Positions 1-14,196 of a stretch of DNA of 64,000 bases are shown in pieces. The translations under genes were made by a program, and so were the position numbers. Origin of the DNA: Methanocaldococcus indicus (GTDB lineage Archaea > AGJL01 > Methanococci > Methanococcales > Methanocaldococcaceae); the NCBI RefSeq assembly GCF_049554935.1, contig NZ_CP186926.1:704001-768000 (forward strand). The letters run 5' to 3'. Numbering within the stretch: the first letter of the stretch is position 1; every line of letters begins with the position of its first letter. The notes beneath the pieces were generated by a model. The model had not been told where the DNA came from. It ran no database searches and saw only the letters and a list, made by a program, of their open reading frames with translations.

Positions 1-116
1 ATACATAAACCAACAAATCCAGACAATATAATACATTTAATTAAATCTTTTTGTAATAGGGAGGCTAAACTTGCGAGTATTGCTAAGATTATAACAATAT
101 AGTTAATAATTTCCAT
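1..116 (-). CDS. Partial small membrane protein, DUF4040/Ehb-Mrp membrane subunit-like (runs off window start)
   Basis: Manual translation from ATG at 116: MEIINYIVIILAILASLASLLQKDLIKCIILSGFVGLC..., hydrophobic; abuts the stop of the upstream CDS. Confidence 0.6.
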   Translation of the reverse strand, partial: MEIINYIVIILAILASLASLLQKDLIKCIILSGFVGLC

Positions 117-121
117 ATCCA

Positions 122-1114
122 TCACTTACTTAGTTTTTGTTTGATAATTATATAGGATATATATCCTAAAAGTGTTGGTATAATATATGATATAAACCTA
201 TCTAATATATTTATAACTGCTGCTACATCTGTTGGAATATTAAATGCTGAAAATCCAGCTATCATAACAGCATCTGCTGAACCTAATCCAGCAGGAGTTA
301 CTGATATAACTCCTGTTAATAAAACCAATAAATATACTGTTGCTACTACAACAAACTTAACATAATAAGGAATTGCTAAAAAATATAGGTACATCTTAAA
401 TATATCAACAACATACCAAAGAACAGATAAAAATAAAGAAATATATAGCTCTAATTTATGCTTGTTCTTCTTTAAAAAATTTATTCCATTATAAAAATCA
501 TCTACTATCTTCTTTATCCTCTCTTCATCATAAACTAATGTTGTATATTTACATGCAAAATTATATATGGTTAAAGAAATCTTTAGTAGTAAATTTCTAT
601 TTAATAAAATATATAAAATTGTTAGAGATAAAACCAATATAAATATCCACGAATACATTAGAAATTTTAAGTATTTAAAGCCATTTAGTAGAAAATAGAT
701 AATAACTAAAAAAGAAGCTATTAAAAATATAGCAGTATCTAAAAATCTCTCTACAAATACAGTAGAATATGCAATACCTTTTGGTATATCTTCTAACTTT
801 GATAGATAATAAGCTCTGAAAACCTCTCCACCACCTCTCATTGATGGAGTTAGATTGTTAATAAATTGTCCAAAAAGGACAGTTAAAAAAACATTTACAA
901 ATTTTGGGCTATAACCTAATCCTCTAAATAAATAAATCCATCTATATGATAGAATAACTAAAACTAAAATTTGTAAGAATATAGCAGCAATAATATATTT
1001 TACATCTAACCTTAGAATAATGCTTATTATTTTCTCAATTCCAATATAATAAAACATTCCCAATAAAATTAATAATCCTAATAAAAAGCCAAATATCTTT
1101 TTAATCTTACCCAT
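122..1114 (-). CDS. UPF0104 / lysylphosphatidylglycerol synthase TM-domain (flippase-like) membrane protein
   Basis: Multi-TM; motifs NNLTPSMRGGGEVFRAY, ERFLD, TPAGLG. Confidence 0.8.
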   Translation of the reverse strand: MGKIKKIFGFLLGLLILLGMFYYIGIEKIISIILRLDVKYIIAAIFLQILVLVILSYRWIYLFRGLGYSPKFVNVFLTVLFGQFINNLTPSMRGGGEVFRAYYLSKLEDIPKGIAYSTVFVERFLDTAIFLIASFLVIIYFLLNGFKYLKFLMYSWIFILVLSLTILYILLNRNLLLKISLTIYNFACKYTTLVYDEERIKKIVDDFYNGINFLKKNKHKLELYISLFLSVLWYVVDIFKMYLYFLAIPYYVKFVVVATVYLLVLLTGVISVTPAGLGSADAVMIAGFSAFNIPTDVAAVINILDRFISYIIPTLLGYISYIIIKQKLSK

Positions 1115-1115
1115 A

Positions 1116-3053
1116 CTACAATCCTTTTCTAACTTTAACAGCTAACCCTTTATTAAATTCTAATAACTCTCTACTATTTAGTATTGCTGTTCCAAACCCT
1201 AAGAGTTCATCATCCTCATTTACAACTAAAACCTCATCATAAGGATAGATATCATTATAGCAATCTATAACAAACTTAGCAAATACATTTTTACCTTGTT
1301 TTACAAATTCAGCAACTGAGTTATCCACAACAACCCTATATTTTGGGAAATCCAAATGTTCCCACAACAACTTAGCTCCTTCTTTTGTAGGAATTAAAAA
1401 GTTATCATAACTTCTTACACTAAAAACAACCTTATCATCTAAATAAACTTGTCTCATTCTACCTGTATTTTTACTTCTAATAACTTTAAACTCTTTATCT
1501 ATATCAACATCAAATTGATACTGTATCATTCTCCTAATTCTAAAACTATCTGCATTAAATTTTTTATAGTCAAATCTATTTATGTAGTAGTTATATGTAT
1601 ATATATCTAAAATATTGTCTTCTCCAATCTTAGATTTTAAATATTTTATGAATTCCTCTTGAAACTCTCTATCTTCTTCAAATTTATAAATGATGTTTGG
1701 ACATTCATGTTGTGAAAGTGGATAGACAGTATCTATATAGTAAGGAACAAATCCAAATATAGGATGTTTTATTAAAATATCTACATCAGTCTCTTTTACA
1801 TTTAAATTTTCACTGTAAGGTTTTTCAACATTTTTATTAATATTGGTTATAAATACTTTTTCAAATTTTAACCTTTTTAATCTCTTTTTATGTTTATAAA
1901 CTTCTGGCCTAAACTTTGATTCATAAGAGGTATAGAAGAAAGCAGATTTTTTTGTTATTGGGTCAAACTTCTCAATAAAATACATATAATTTTTAATTAC
2001 TCTATATGCTTCTAAAAGCTTAGGATGATTTCTAACCCTACTTTCAACTAATTCCCATAAGGAGTTTTCTCTCAAAGCTAATTTAATTCTATTTATTTCA
2101 TCAAATGTAACATATAAGTTATGCTCAGCTAATAATCTCTCTCTATCTTTTTTATCCAACTTAGATAGCTCTTTTGGTGAATATGTAGAACAGATAGGAC
2201 ATGAGCATGGGAAGCTATCTAACTCCTTTAACTCCTCTAAGTGATATGTTCCTCTTTCAGTTAAATATCTATCATCCTTTGCATATAGAGCATAGGCTGC
2301 TGAATCAAATAAATCACATCCCAATAAAACAGCCAAAGAAAAGAACATAGGATGCCCACAGCCAAATAAATGAATAGGTTTGCTTGTAGGAAGATACATC
2401 TTTGAGTTTAAGATAATTTCTACAACCTCTCTAAACCTATAACTTTCCATTAATGGAACAACTGCTCCAATAGGATAAATATCAAAATTTAATTTTGCCA
2501 TTTCTTTGGCTGATTTTTGTCTTAAATCTAAATAAGTAGAACCTTGGATAGTTCCATTTAAGAATATATTTATTTCTCTTTTTCTTTTTAATTCAGCTGC
2601 TATTTTAGCTCTTTCTAATGTTATCTCCAAATCTTTCTCAGCTTTTTCTTTATCAACATCAGGAGGTGTGGGAATATCTAAAATAGTTCCAACATCTACA
2701 CCAATATCATTCTGAAACTTTAAAATTTCTATATTATCTACATCAATATCTCCATAAACAGATAGTTGATAAGAACCACTATCAGTAACTATTACCCCAT
2801 CAAAATCTAAGAGTTTATGAACTCCATCTTTTAATGCTATCTCTTTCAATTCTTCATTTTTATAGATAATATAAGAGTTAGTTATAACAATATTTGTAAG
2901 TTTTTTTATAATTTTAATAGGAACTATTTGTTTTTTAGGATTTGGATGAACAACTGGCATAATTGTTGGTGTTTCAATCTTCTTCTTATTTATCTCTATA
3001 TTTGCCAATTTCCCTAAACCATCTCTTGCTTTAATATCCAAATTAACCACCAA
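1116..3053 (-). CDS. tgtA: tRNA-guanine(15) transglycosylase (archaeosine TGT)
   Basis: ETPTIMPV, TDSGSYQ, DLFDSAAY, CSCPIC zinc site, C-terminal PUA domain; true start may be a few codons downstream. Confidence 0.95.
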   Translation of the reverse strand: MVVNLDIKARDGLGKLANIEINKKKIETPTIMPVVHPNPKKQIVPIKIIKKLTNIVITNSYIIYKNEELKEIALKDGVHKLLDFDGVIVTDSGSYQLSVYGDIDVDNIEILKFQNDIGVDVGTILDIPTPPDVDKEKAEKDLEITLERAKIAAELKRKREINIFLNGTIQGSTYLDLRQKSAKEMAKLNFDIYPIGAVVPLMESYRFREVVEIILNSKMYLPTSKPIHLFGCGHPMFFSLAVLLGCDLFDSAAYALYAKDDRYLTERGTYHLEELKELDSFPCSCPICSTYSPKELSKLDKKDRERLLAEHNLYVTFDEINRIKLALRENSLWELVESRVRNHPKLLEAYRVIKNYMYFIEKFDPITKKSAFFYTSYESKFRPEVYKHKKRLKRLKFEKVFITNINKNVEKPYSENLNVKETDVDILIKHPIFGFVPYYIDTVYPLSQHECPNIIYKFEEDREFQEEFIKYLKSKIGEDNILDIYTYNYYINRFDYKKFNADSFRIRRMIQYQFDVDIDKEFKVIRSKNTGRMRQVYLDDKVVFSVRSYDNFLIPTKEGAKLLWEHLDFPKYRVVVDNSVAEFVKQGKNVFAKFVIDCYNDIYPYDEVLVVNEDDELLGFGTAILNSRELLEFNKGLAVKVRKGL

Positions 3054-3232
3054 AGAAATTATATGACTTTATTTTACACTATAATATTTTAATTTTTTTA
3101 TTTTTTTTAATTTTTATATAGTTTATATTCCTTAAATGCTTCTAATTGTTTTAATCCTAAAAACATTACAAAAATCAGGTTTGTGCTATTGGATGCAATT
3201 GAAATGCGTCCCCAATCCAAAAGGGTTGGGGC

Positions 3233-3283
3233 TGAGGCAAGCCCCTCGCTTGGGCTGGTGAAATCCCTACTGTAAGCCAGCCC
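3233..3283 (+). other. 5' arm of 16S rRNA processing stem (bulge-helix-bulge)
   Basis: Complementary to 4817-4867; GGTG/CACC 4-bp helix flanked by AAA and GAA bulges. Confidence 0.9.
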
Positions 3284-3326
3284 CCGCAAGAAAGGTCTCT
3301 CCTTTCTTGCGGCCGTACTCCACTTA

Positions 3327-4804
<1,478 letters not shown>

Positions 4805-4816
4805 GAGAAAAAATTT

Positions 4817-4867
4817 GGGCTGGCTTACAGTAGGGACACCGAAAACCCAAGCGAGGGGCTTGCCTCA
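4817..4867 (+). other. 3' arm of 16S processing stem
   Basis: Reverse complement of 3233-3283 apart from the BHB bulges. Confidence 0.9.
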
Positions 4868-4877
4868 TAGGATTAGT

Positions 4878-4950
4878 GGGCCCGTAGCTCAGCTGGGAGA
4901 GCGCCGGCCTTGCAAGCCGGAGGCCGTGGGTTCAAATCCCACCGGGTCCA
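4878..4950 (+). tRNA. tRNA-Ala(UGC) in the rRNA spacer
   Basis: GGGCCCG acceptor stem, anticodon loop CTTGCAA, T-loop GGTTCAAATCC; CCA not encoded. Confidence 0.97.
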
Positions 4951-5061
4951 CTAAAAAAATAAATGCAGCCCACAACTTTAAAAAGTTGTGGGTGAAGGGC
5001 CCGATAAAAGATGAGGGCCGGGCATAAGCCCTTAGCGCCCTGGTGAAATCTGGATACTCTG

Positions 5062-8030
<2,969 letters not shown>

Positions 8031-8092
8031 CAGAGTATCCAGACACTGAAAGGGCGCTAAGGGCTTATGTCCGGCCCCACTATTTATCCAAC

Positions 8093-8205
8093 ACGGCGGC
8101 CATAGCGGGGGTGACACACCCGGACCCATTCCGAACCCGGAAGTTAAGCCCCCCAGCGATGCCCCGAGTACTGCCATCTGGCGGGAAAGGGGCGACGCCG
8201 CCGGT
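8093..8205 (+). rRNA. rrf: 5S rRNA
   Basis: CGGCGGCCATAGCGG...CCCATTCCGAACCCGGAAGTTAAGCC...CGCCGCCG. Confidence 0.95.
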
Positions 8206-8262
8206 TATTATTTATTATTTTATTTATTTTAGATAATATTTATTAATTTAAATTTAATTTTT

Positions 8263-8527
8263 GGTGAGGGGGCTGGTGGCTATCCCTCCAATAATGGAGG
8301 GAGGAAGTTCCGCCCACCCCAAATTTATGGGCTGAAACTCCCGAGAGGGAGTGGGAGGAGCAACAGAAACGACACGGCCTCGGGAGAGATGGTGATGATA
8401 TCCAAAAATTGAAGACCTCCCGAGGAATCGGTGAAACGGGCTCCTCCCCAGCCCTGGGGTGCAAGGCGTTAAGCCGCTTAGCCGAATGCCACCGAAATTA
8501 CAGAAGGCGGGCTATAGCCCCCACACC
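8263..8527 (+). ncRNA. rnpB: RNase P RNA (archaeal, likely type M)
   Basis: P4 elements GAGGAAGTTCCGCC and ACAGAAGGCGGGCTAT; terminal P1 pairing GGTGAGGGGGCT/AGCCCCCACACC; about 265 nt. Confidence 0.93.
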
Positions 8528-8690
8528 AAATTTAAAAATTTTAATTATATTAAAATTTATAATATAGATTATTTATTATTTTTATAAATATTATATCCAT
8601 ATATTTAAATATATATAATACAATTCCATAATTTTTTAAGAAGAAGTTATATAATAACTTCTTAAAATTCTAAATAAAAAGGATGATAGT

Positions 8691-9452
8691 ATGGATATAA
8701 TTACATTAACAACAGATTTTGGATACTCTGATGGATTTGTTGGAGCCATGAAAGGGAGAATATATTCTATTTTAAAAAAATATAATAGAAGAGTTGAAAT
8801 AGTTGATATATGCCACAATGTTAGACCCTTTAACATCTACAATGGTGCTTATGTTTTATTAACATCTATTCCCTATTATCCTCCATCTGTTCATATAGCA
8901 GTTATTGACCCAACAGTTGGAAGTGAGAGGAACAGTATTGTTGTTAAACTAAAAAATGGGAGTTATATTGTTGCTCCAGATAATGGATTAGTTAGTTATG
9001 TAGTTAATAGAATTGGAATTGATAAAATATATAGGATTGATGAAACTAAATATAGTCCTTCATCTACATTTCATGGGAGAGATGTTTATGCAGTTGTAGG
9101 AGCAGAAATAGTTGCTGGGATATTTGAAGGAGAGGAAATAGATAAGATAGTTAAATTAGATGATACTAAGAAAAGAGTAATTCACATAGATAGATTTGGA
9201 AATATAATAACAAATATAAAAAGAGATGAAATAAACTTTAAGCTTTATGACTATATTAAAATAAAGTTTAAAACAAAGAAAGGAGAAAAAATTATTAAAT
9301 GCAAATTTGTAAAGTCATACTTTGAAGGAGGAAATGAGTTTATTTGTCTAATTAATAGTGAAGGTTTCTTAGAGATAGCTAAGTTTATGGACAATGCAGC
9401 TAATTTATTAGATGTTGATTATTTAGATGAGGTAGAAATATGCAACCAATAG
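8691..9452 (+). CDS. SAM hydroxide adenosyltransferase (DUF62, chlorinase/fluorinase family)
   Basis: ITLTTDFG, VIDPTVGS, APDNGL, STFHGRDV, IDRFGNIITN. Confidence 0.92.
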   Translation: MDIITLTTDFGYSDGFVGAMKGRIYSILKKYNRRVEIVDICHNVRPFNIYNGAYVLLTSIPYYPPSVHIAVIDPTVGSERNSIVVKLKNGSYIVAPDNGLVSYVVNRIGIDKIYRIDETKYSPSSTFHGRDVYAVVGAEIVAGIFEGEEIDKIVKLDDTKKRVIHIDRFGNIITNIKRDEINFKLYDYIKIKFKTKKGEKIIKCKFVKSYFEGGNEFICLINSEGFLEIAKFMDNAANLLDVDYLDEVEICNQ

Positions 9453-10429
9453 CAGTATGGATGCAAGATGATATATATAGAGATTTTAGTATTGGGAAAA
9501 GTTTAACCATTATTTTAAAAACTAAAGGTTGTTCTCATAGAAAATGTGTTTTTTGTTCTTATTATTTAGACTCAGCTAATGAAGAAGTGAGCAAAGAAGA
9601 TTTAATTAAGCAGTTTAATTATGCAATAAATAAATATAATGATAAAATTAAAAATTTAAAAGATTTTTCTGTTAAAATATTTACTTCAGGTAGTTTTTTA
9701 GATGATAATGAAGTTCCTAAGGAAGTTAGAGAATATATTTATAAGAAGTTATCTGAATTTAAAAATCTAAAAGAGTTGGCTATTGAGTCAAGAGCTGAAT
9801 ATATAACTGACAAAAAACTGGAAGAAATTAGAAAATATTTAGATGTTAATGTTGAGATAGGTTTAGGTGTTGAGACAAGCAATGAGGAGCTTAGAGAGAT
9901 TTTAGGGAAGGATTTAAAAAATGAAGATATAGATAGAGTTTTAAATTTATCTAAAAAATTTGATATTGGAATTAAAGCTTATCTATTAATTAAGCCACCA
10001 TTTTTAACTGAAAAGAGTGCAATAAAAGATGCTATAAAATCAGCTGAATTTTGTATTAAAAAAGGTTTTTCAAGAGTTTCCTTTTGTCCTTTAACAGTAC
10101 ATAAAGATACATTAGTAGAAAAGTTATGGAAAAAAAAGCAGTATAGACCTCCATTTTTATGGAGTATTATTGAAATAATAAAATATCTTAAAGAAAAGTA
10201 TCCTAATTATTTAATTATGGTAGATACAGCAGGTATTCCTTCTAAGAGAGGAGCACATAACAACTGTGAGTGTGACTATAAAATAAAGAATCTTTTAGAA
10301 AGATACACAATAACTCAAAATGTAGAGATTTTAAATATTGATTGCAAATGTAAAAAAGTATGGAAAGAATTTTTAAAAGTGGAAACACTACCTATTCAGG
10401 AATCTGTGTTGCTGGAGCCACTACACTAA
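9440..10429 (+). CDS. Archaeosine biosynthesis radical SAM protein RaSEA-like
   Basis: CSHRKCVFC cluster motif, KIFTSGSFLD, YRPPFLWS, RGAHNNC. Confidence 0.85.
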   Translation: MQPIAVWMQDDIYRDFSIGKSLTIILKTKGCSHRKCVFCSYYLDSANEEVSKEDLIKQFNYAINKYNDKIKNLKDFSVKIFTSGSFLDDNEVPKEVREYIYKKLSEFKNLKELAIESRAEYITDKKLEEIRKYLDVNVEIGLGVETSNEELREILGKDLKNEDIDRVLNLSKKFDIGIKAYLLIKPPFLTEKSAIKDAIKSAEFCIKKGFSRVSFCPLTVHKDTLVEKLWKKKQYRPPFLWSIIEIIKYLKEKYPNYLIMVDTAGIPSKRGAHNNCECDYKIKNLLERYTITQNVEILNIDCKCKKVWKEFLKVETLPIQESVLLEPLH

Positions 10430-10817
10430 GTTTAGCTAATTTTACACCTTTTGTAGAGTTTAACTTATTTTTTAGTTCAACAATTCTTTTAGCGTCTCCT
10501 TTAACCATAATTATTTCTAAACAATGTTTATCATCCAAATGAATATGCAAATTAGCTAAGATAACATCCCTATATTCATGTTGCAAATCAGTTATTTTTT
10601 CCATAACCTCTGGGGCATGATGATTATAAATTATTGATATAGTTCCAATTCTCTCCCCTTTTAAGCTTTTTAACCATTTATATCTTAAAATATACTCTCT
10701 TAAAGCATCTCTTATAGCCTCACTTCTACTGGCATATCCTTTTTCATCAATTATCTCATCAAATTCTTTAAGTAATTTAGATGGTAAAGATATACTTATC
10801 CTCTCCATATCACTCAT
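10392..10817 (-). CDS. nikR: Nickel-responsive regulator NikR
   Basis: RHH N-terminus RISISL..GYASRSEAIRDA, HIHLDDKHCLE nickel site; GGTGA RBS before ATG 10817. Confidence 0.95.
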   Translation of the reverse strand: MSDMERISISLPSKLLKEFDEIIDEKGYASRSEAIRDALREYILRYKWLKSLKGERIGTISIIYNHHAPEVMEKITDLQHEYRDVILANLHIHLDDKHCLEIIMVKGDAKRIVELKNKLNSTKGVKLAKLSVVAPATQIPE

Positions 10818-10902
10818 GCTTTCACCCAAAAAATTAATAAAATTAATAACAAGTAATAACTATTACTCAAATATTATATAAAACAATATTATTTGTGAGA
10901 GC

Positions 10903-11787
10903 ATGACACTAATTATTTGTTATTATGGAGCTAATGGCTCAGTTATTGCAGGAGATAAGAGACAAATATTTTTCAGAGGTAATGAAGAAAAAAGAAAGAT
11001 TTTAGAAGAAAAGTTATATTCAGGAGAGATAAAGAGTGAAGAAGAGCTTTATAAATTGGCAGAAGAATTAGGAATAAAAGTTATTATTGAAGATAATAGA
11101 GAAAAAGTTTGGAGAGTTAATGATAAAGTTATAGCTGGAGAAGTTAGAAGCTTGGGAATAGATGCAAAAAGAAGAAGAGTATATTCAACAAAAAACAAAT
11201 GTTGTATTTTAGAAATATTAAATGATGAAATAACTAATGAAATATATAAAGAAGGTTTTGGATTGATAGTTTTTGGAAATAAGTATTTAAAAGAAAAAGT
11301 AAGTGAAGAACTAAAAAATAAAGCTAAATTATTTCCAATGATGAATCTAAAAGAAATAGAAAATATCATAAAAGAGTTTTATAATAAATATAACTGGCAT
11401 CCAACATTAAGTAAAGATGTAGATATTTTAAGTGTTGATAAGGAAGAGAAGAACTTTAAAGAGGTTATTAAAAAAGATGTTGAAAAGCTTTTTAAATATA
11501 GAGAGGAGTTAAGACAAAAGTTAATAGATTTTGGTAAAGTTATGACTATTATAAACAAAATTGTTAGAAATGGAGAAGTTGGCTATATAAAAGATGGAAA
11601 ATTACATCTTTATGATGATTTTATAGCAATAGACAAAATATCTCCTGATGCTAAAAAATATAAGGTTATTGAAGTTGATGGAGATATAAAGGATGGAGAT
11701 ATTATTGTTATAGAAAATGGAGAAATGAAAGTAAAAAACACAGATAAAAAAGTAATGACTAACTATACAATTTGTTACAAATTTTGA
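10903..11787 (+). CDS. DUF2121 / connectase-like Ntn-fold protein
   Basis: N-terminal (M)[19 protein letters not shown] giving a Thr1 nucleophile as in proteasome beta subunits. Confidence 0.8.
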   Translation: MTLIICYYGANGSVIAGDKRQIFFRGNEEKRKILEEKLYSGEIKSEEELYKLAEELGIKVIIEDNREKVWRVNDKVIAGEVRSLGIDAKRRRVYSTKNKCCILEILNDEITNEIYKEGFGLIVFGNKYLKEKVSEELKNKAKLFPMMNLKEIENIIKEFYNKYNWHPTLSKDVDILSVDKEEKNFKEVIKKDVEKLFKYREELRQKLIDFGKVMTIINKIVRNGEVGYIKDGKLHLYDDFIAIDKISPDAKKYKVIEVDGDIKDGDIIVIENGEMKVKNTDKKVMTNYTICYKF

Positions 11788-11798
11788 GGGTGGAATTT

Positions 11799-12581
11799 AT
11801 GGCAATTGCTATAGCTATTGCTTCTGGAAAAGGAGGTACTGGAAAAACTACAATTGCTGCTAATTTGGCTGTTGCTTTGGCAAAATTTGGAAAAAAAGTG
11901 GCTGTTTTAGATGCAGATATTGCTATGGCTAATCTTGAGTTAATTATGGGTTTAGAAGGAAAGCCAGTAACTTTAAATGATGTATTGGCAGGAAAAGCAG
12001 ATATAAAGGAAGCTATTTATGAAGGACCTGAAGGAGTTTTAGTTATTCCAGCTGGAGTATCATTAGAAAAGTTTAGGAGAGCTAAACCTGAAAAGTTGGA
12101 AGAGGTTCTAAAAACAATTCATGATATGGTAGATATCTTAATTATTGATTGTCCAGCTGGAATTGGAAAAGAAACACTAATAGCTATTTCATCAGCAGAT
12201 GGATTAATAGTAGTTGTTAATCCTGAAATATCCTCTATATCAGATGCTTTAAAAGTTTTAGCAATAGCAAAAAGATTAGGTACTGATATTATTGGAGCTA
12301 TTGTAAATAGAGTTTCTAATGAAAGTACTGAGTTGAGTGTTAAAGCTATACAAACTATTTTAGATGTTCCAGTTATTGGAGTAGTCCCAGAAGACCCAAA
12401 TGTTAGAAAAGCCGCAGCTTTTGGAGTTCCTTTAGTTGTTATGTATCCAGACTCTCCAGCTTCAGAGGCAATTATGCAAATAGCTGCTAAGTTAATAGGA
12501 GCTAAATATGAACCAAAAACTAAAAAGAAAAAAGAAGGATTTATTTCCAGATTCCTTAAGGGGCTATTTGGGAGGAGATAA
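11799..12581 (+). CDS. minD: MinD/ParA family ATPase
   Basis: Deviant Walker A SGKGGTGKTT, DADI, IDCPAG, C-terminal amphipathic helix FISRFLKGLFGRR. Confidence 0.93.
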   Translation: MAIAIAIASGKGGTGKTTIAANLAVALAKFGKKVAVLDADIAMANLELIMGLEGKPVTLNDVLAGKADIKEAIYEGPEGVLVIPAGVSLEKFRRAKPEKLEEVLKTIHDMVDILIIDCPAGIGKETLIAISSADGLIVVVNPEISSISDALKVLAIAKRLGTDIIGAIVNRVSNESTELSVKAIQTILDVPVIGVVPEDPNVRKAAAFGVPLVVMYPDSPASEAIMQIAAKLIGAKYEPKTKKKKEGFISRFLKGLFGRR

Positions 12582-12583
12582 AG

Positions 12584-12763
12584 ATGGAACTCTTTATTAT
12601 ATATGTAGTTATGAGTATTAGTATTGGTCTAAATGTCATATTAGGAATTAAAGTATATCAGCTACAACAAGAATTAAACAACATAAAAAAAGCAACGGCA
12701 TTAACAAAGGAGGAAGTACAAAAACTAAATGAAAGATTAAGAAGATTAAAGCTTGGTGAATAA
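12584..12763 (+). CDS. 59-aa hypothetical protein (N-terminal TM plus coiled coil), absent from the ORF track
   Basis: GGAGG RBS upstream; MELFIIYVVMSISIGLNVILGIKVYQLQQELNNIKKATALTKEEVQKLNERLRRLKLGE; fills the gap with 2-nt spacing each side. Confidence 0.85.
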   Translation: MELFIIYVVMSISIGLNVILGIKVYQLQQELNNIKKATALTKEEVQKLNERLRRLKLGE

Positions 12764-12765
12764 TT

Positions 12766-13428
12766 ATGAAACTAAATTTACTAATGTTCTTGTTTTTATT
12801 TTTTGCCTTTACTATTGTTAATGCTCAAGAGATTGATATAGTTCCTAAAACACCTTATGTAAATGATTCAGTATATATCATATTTGAATGGAGAGCTCCA
12901 ACTAATCTTGAAGATTTTAATTTAACAATAACCTCAGATACTATTGACTTTAAAAATACTACTTTATACTATGCAGGAGTTGCAAAAGATACCTTAATAT
13001 TTAATATATTTGAGGGAACAGCAAAATATCCAGGAACAAATTATATAACAATTGATATGAGCTATTATGTAGATGGAACAAAAATAACAAAAACAATAAC
13101 TAAGAATATTTATGTGCAAAAACCAAAAGTAATAATTAAATATGTTCCAAAGTACATTTATGTAAATGTGACAAAATACATAAATACTTCAAAATATGAA
13201 AATAATACATCATTAGTAAAAGAAAAAAATAACAACACAAATATAATTGAGGAAAATATTAGCACTAATATACAAAAAGAGAAGAACTCAACCAATAATT
13301 ATACTACAACAAACACTAATACAACAGAAAGTAGTGGGATAACACCAATGACTATATTATATGGAATTATTGGGTTAATTTTAGGATTTGGAGCTACATA
13401 TATGTTTATATATATTATGAAATTATAA
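12766..13428 (+). CDS. Secreted, C-terminally anchored hypothetical surface protein
   Basis: Signal peptide, beta-rich domain, N/T-rich linker with many N-x-S/T sequons, C-terminal TM. Confidence 0.8.
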   Translation: MKLNLLMFLFLFFAFTIVNAQEIDIVPKTPYVNDSVYIIFEWRAPTNLEDFNLTITSDTIDFKNTTLYYAGVAKDTLIFNIFEGTAKYPGTNYITIDMSYYVDGTKITKTITKNIYVQKPKVIIKYVPKYIYVNVTKYINTSKYENNTSLVKEKNNNTNIIEENISTNIQKEKNSTNNYTTTNTNTTESSGITPMTILYGIIGLILGFGATYMFIYIMKL

Positions 13429-13458
13429 TTTATTTTTCTTTTTTTGGGAGATGAAATA

Positions 13459-14196
13459 ATGATAAAAAGAAAATTAGAAGTTTTTGGTTTAGAAATGCCT
13501 ATTATCAAAAAAGATGAAAGATTTGACTTGGCAAGAGAAATTGCTAAATTTCCTCTACAAGATTATGATATTGTTGTTGTAGCTGAGACATTAGTAGCTA
13601 AGTTGGAAGGTAGAGTTATAGACAAAGACAAAATAGTCCCATCAGAAAAAGCTAAGGAATTAGCTGAACTAACTGGAAAAGACCCAAAAATTGTCCAAGC
13701 TATTTTAGATGAGGCTAAAGAAATTATAAAAATAGGGAAAAACTTTATAATAACTGAGACAAAGCACGGTTATGTTATGGCAAATAGTGGAGTAGATGAA
13801 AGTAATACTTTGGGTATAAAGCTTTTACCAAAAAATCCTGATGAATCAGCAGAAAAGTTAAGAAAAGAGTTAGAAAAACTAACTGGAAAAAAAATTGGTG
13901 TTATTATATCAGATAGTGTAGGAAGACCTTTCAGAAAAGGAGCAGTTGGGATAGCTTTGGGGGTTAGTGGAATCTTAGCTTTATGGGATAGGAAGGGGGA
14001 GAAAGATTTATTTGGGAGAGAATTAAAATCAACAGAAGTAGCTATTGCAGATGAATTAGCAAGCTTAGCTAATGTGGTTATGGGAGAAGCAGATGAAGGA
14101 ATCCCTGTTGTAGTTATTAGAGGAGCTAATGTTCCATTTGGGGAAGGTAAAGGGAGGGATTTAATTAGGAGTAAAGAGGAGGATGTATTTAGATGA
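13459..14196 (+). CDS. cofE: Coenzyme F420-0:L-glutamate ligase
   Basis: ANSGVDESN, ISDSVGRPFR, ADELAS..VMGEADEGIPVVVIRG. Confidence 0.95.
   Translation: MIKRKLEVFGLEMPIIKKDERFDLAREIAKFPLQDYDIVVVAETLVAKLEGRVIDKDKIVPSEKAKELAELTGKDPKIVQAILDEAKEIIKIGKNFIITETKHGYVMANSGVDESNTLGIKLLPKNPDESAEKLRKELEKLTGKKIGVIISDSVGRPFRKGAVGIALGVSGILALWDRKGEKDLFGRELKSTEVAIADELASLANVVMGEADEGIPVVVIRGANVPFGEGKGRDLIRSKEEDVFR

Noticed and set aside
3205-3320. GC-rich hairpins upstream of 16S as a separate ncRNA such as SRP RNA
   Set aside because: Explained as the 5' external spacer; the main segment pairs with 4817-4867 to form the BHB processing stem.
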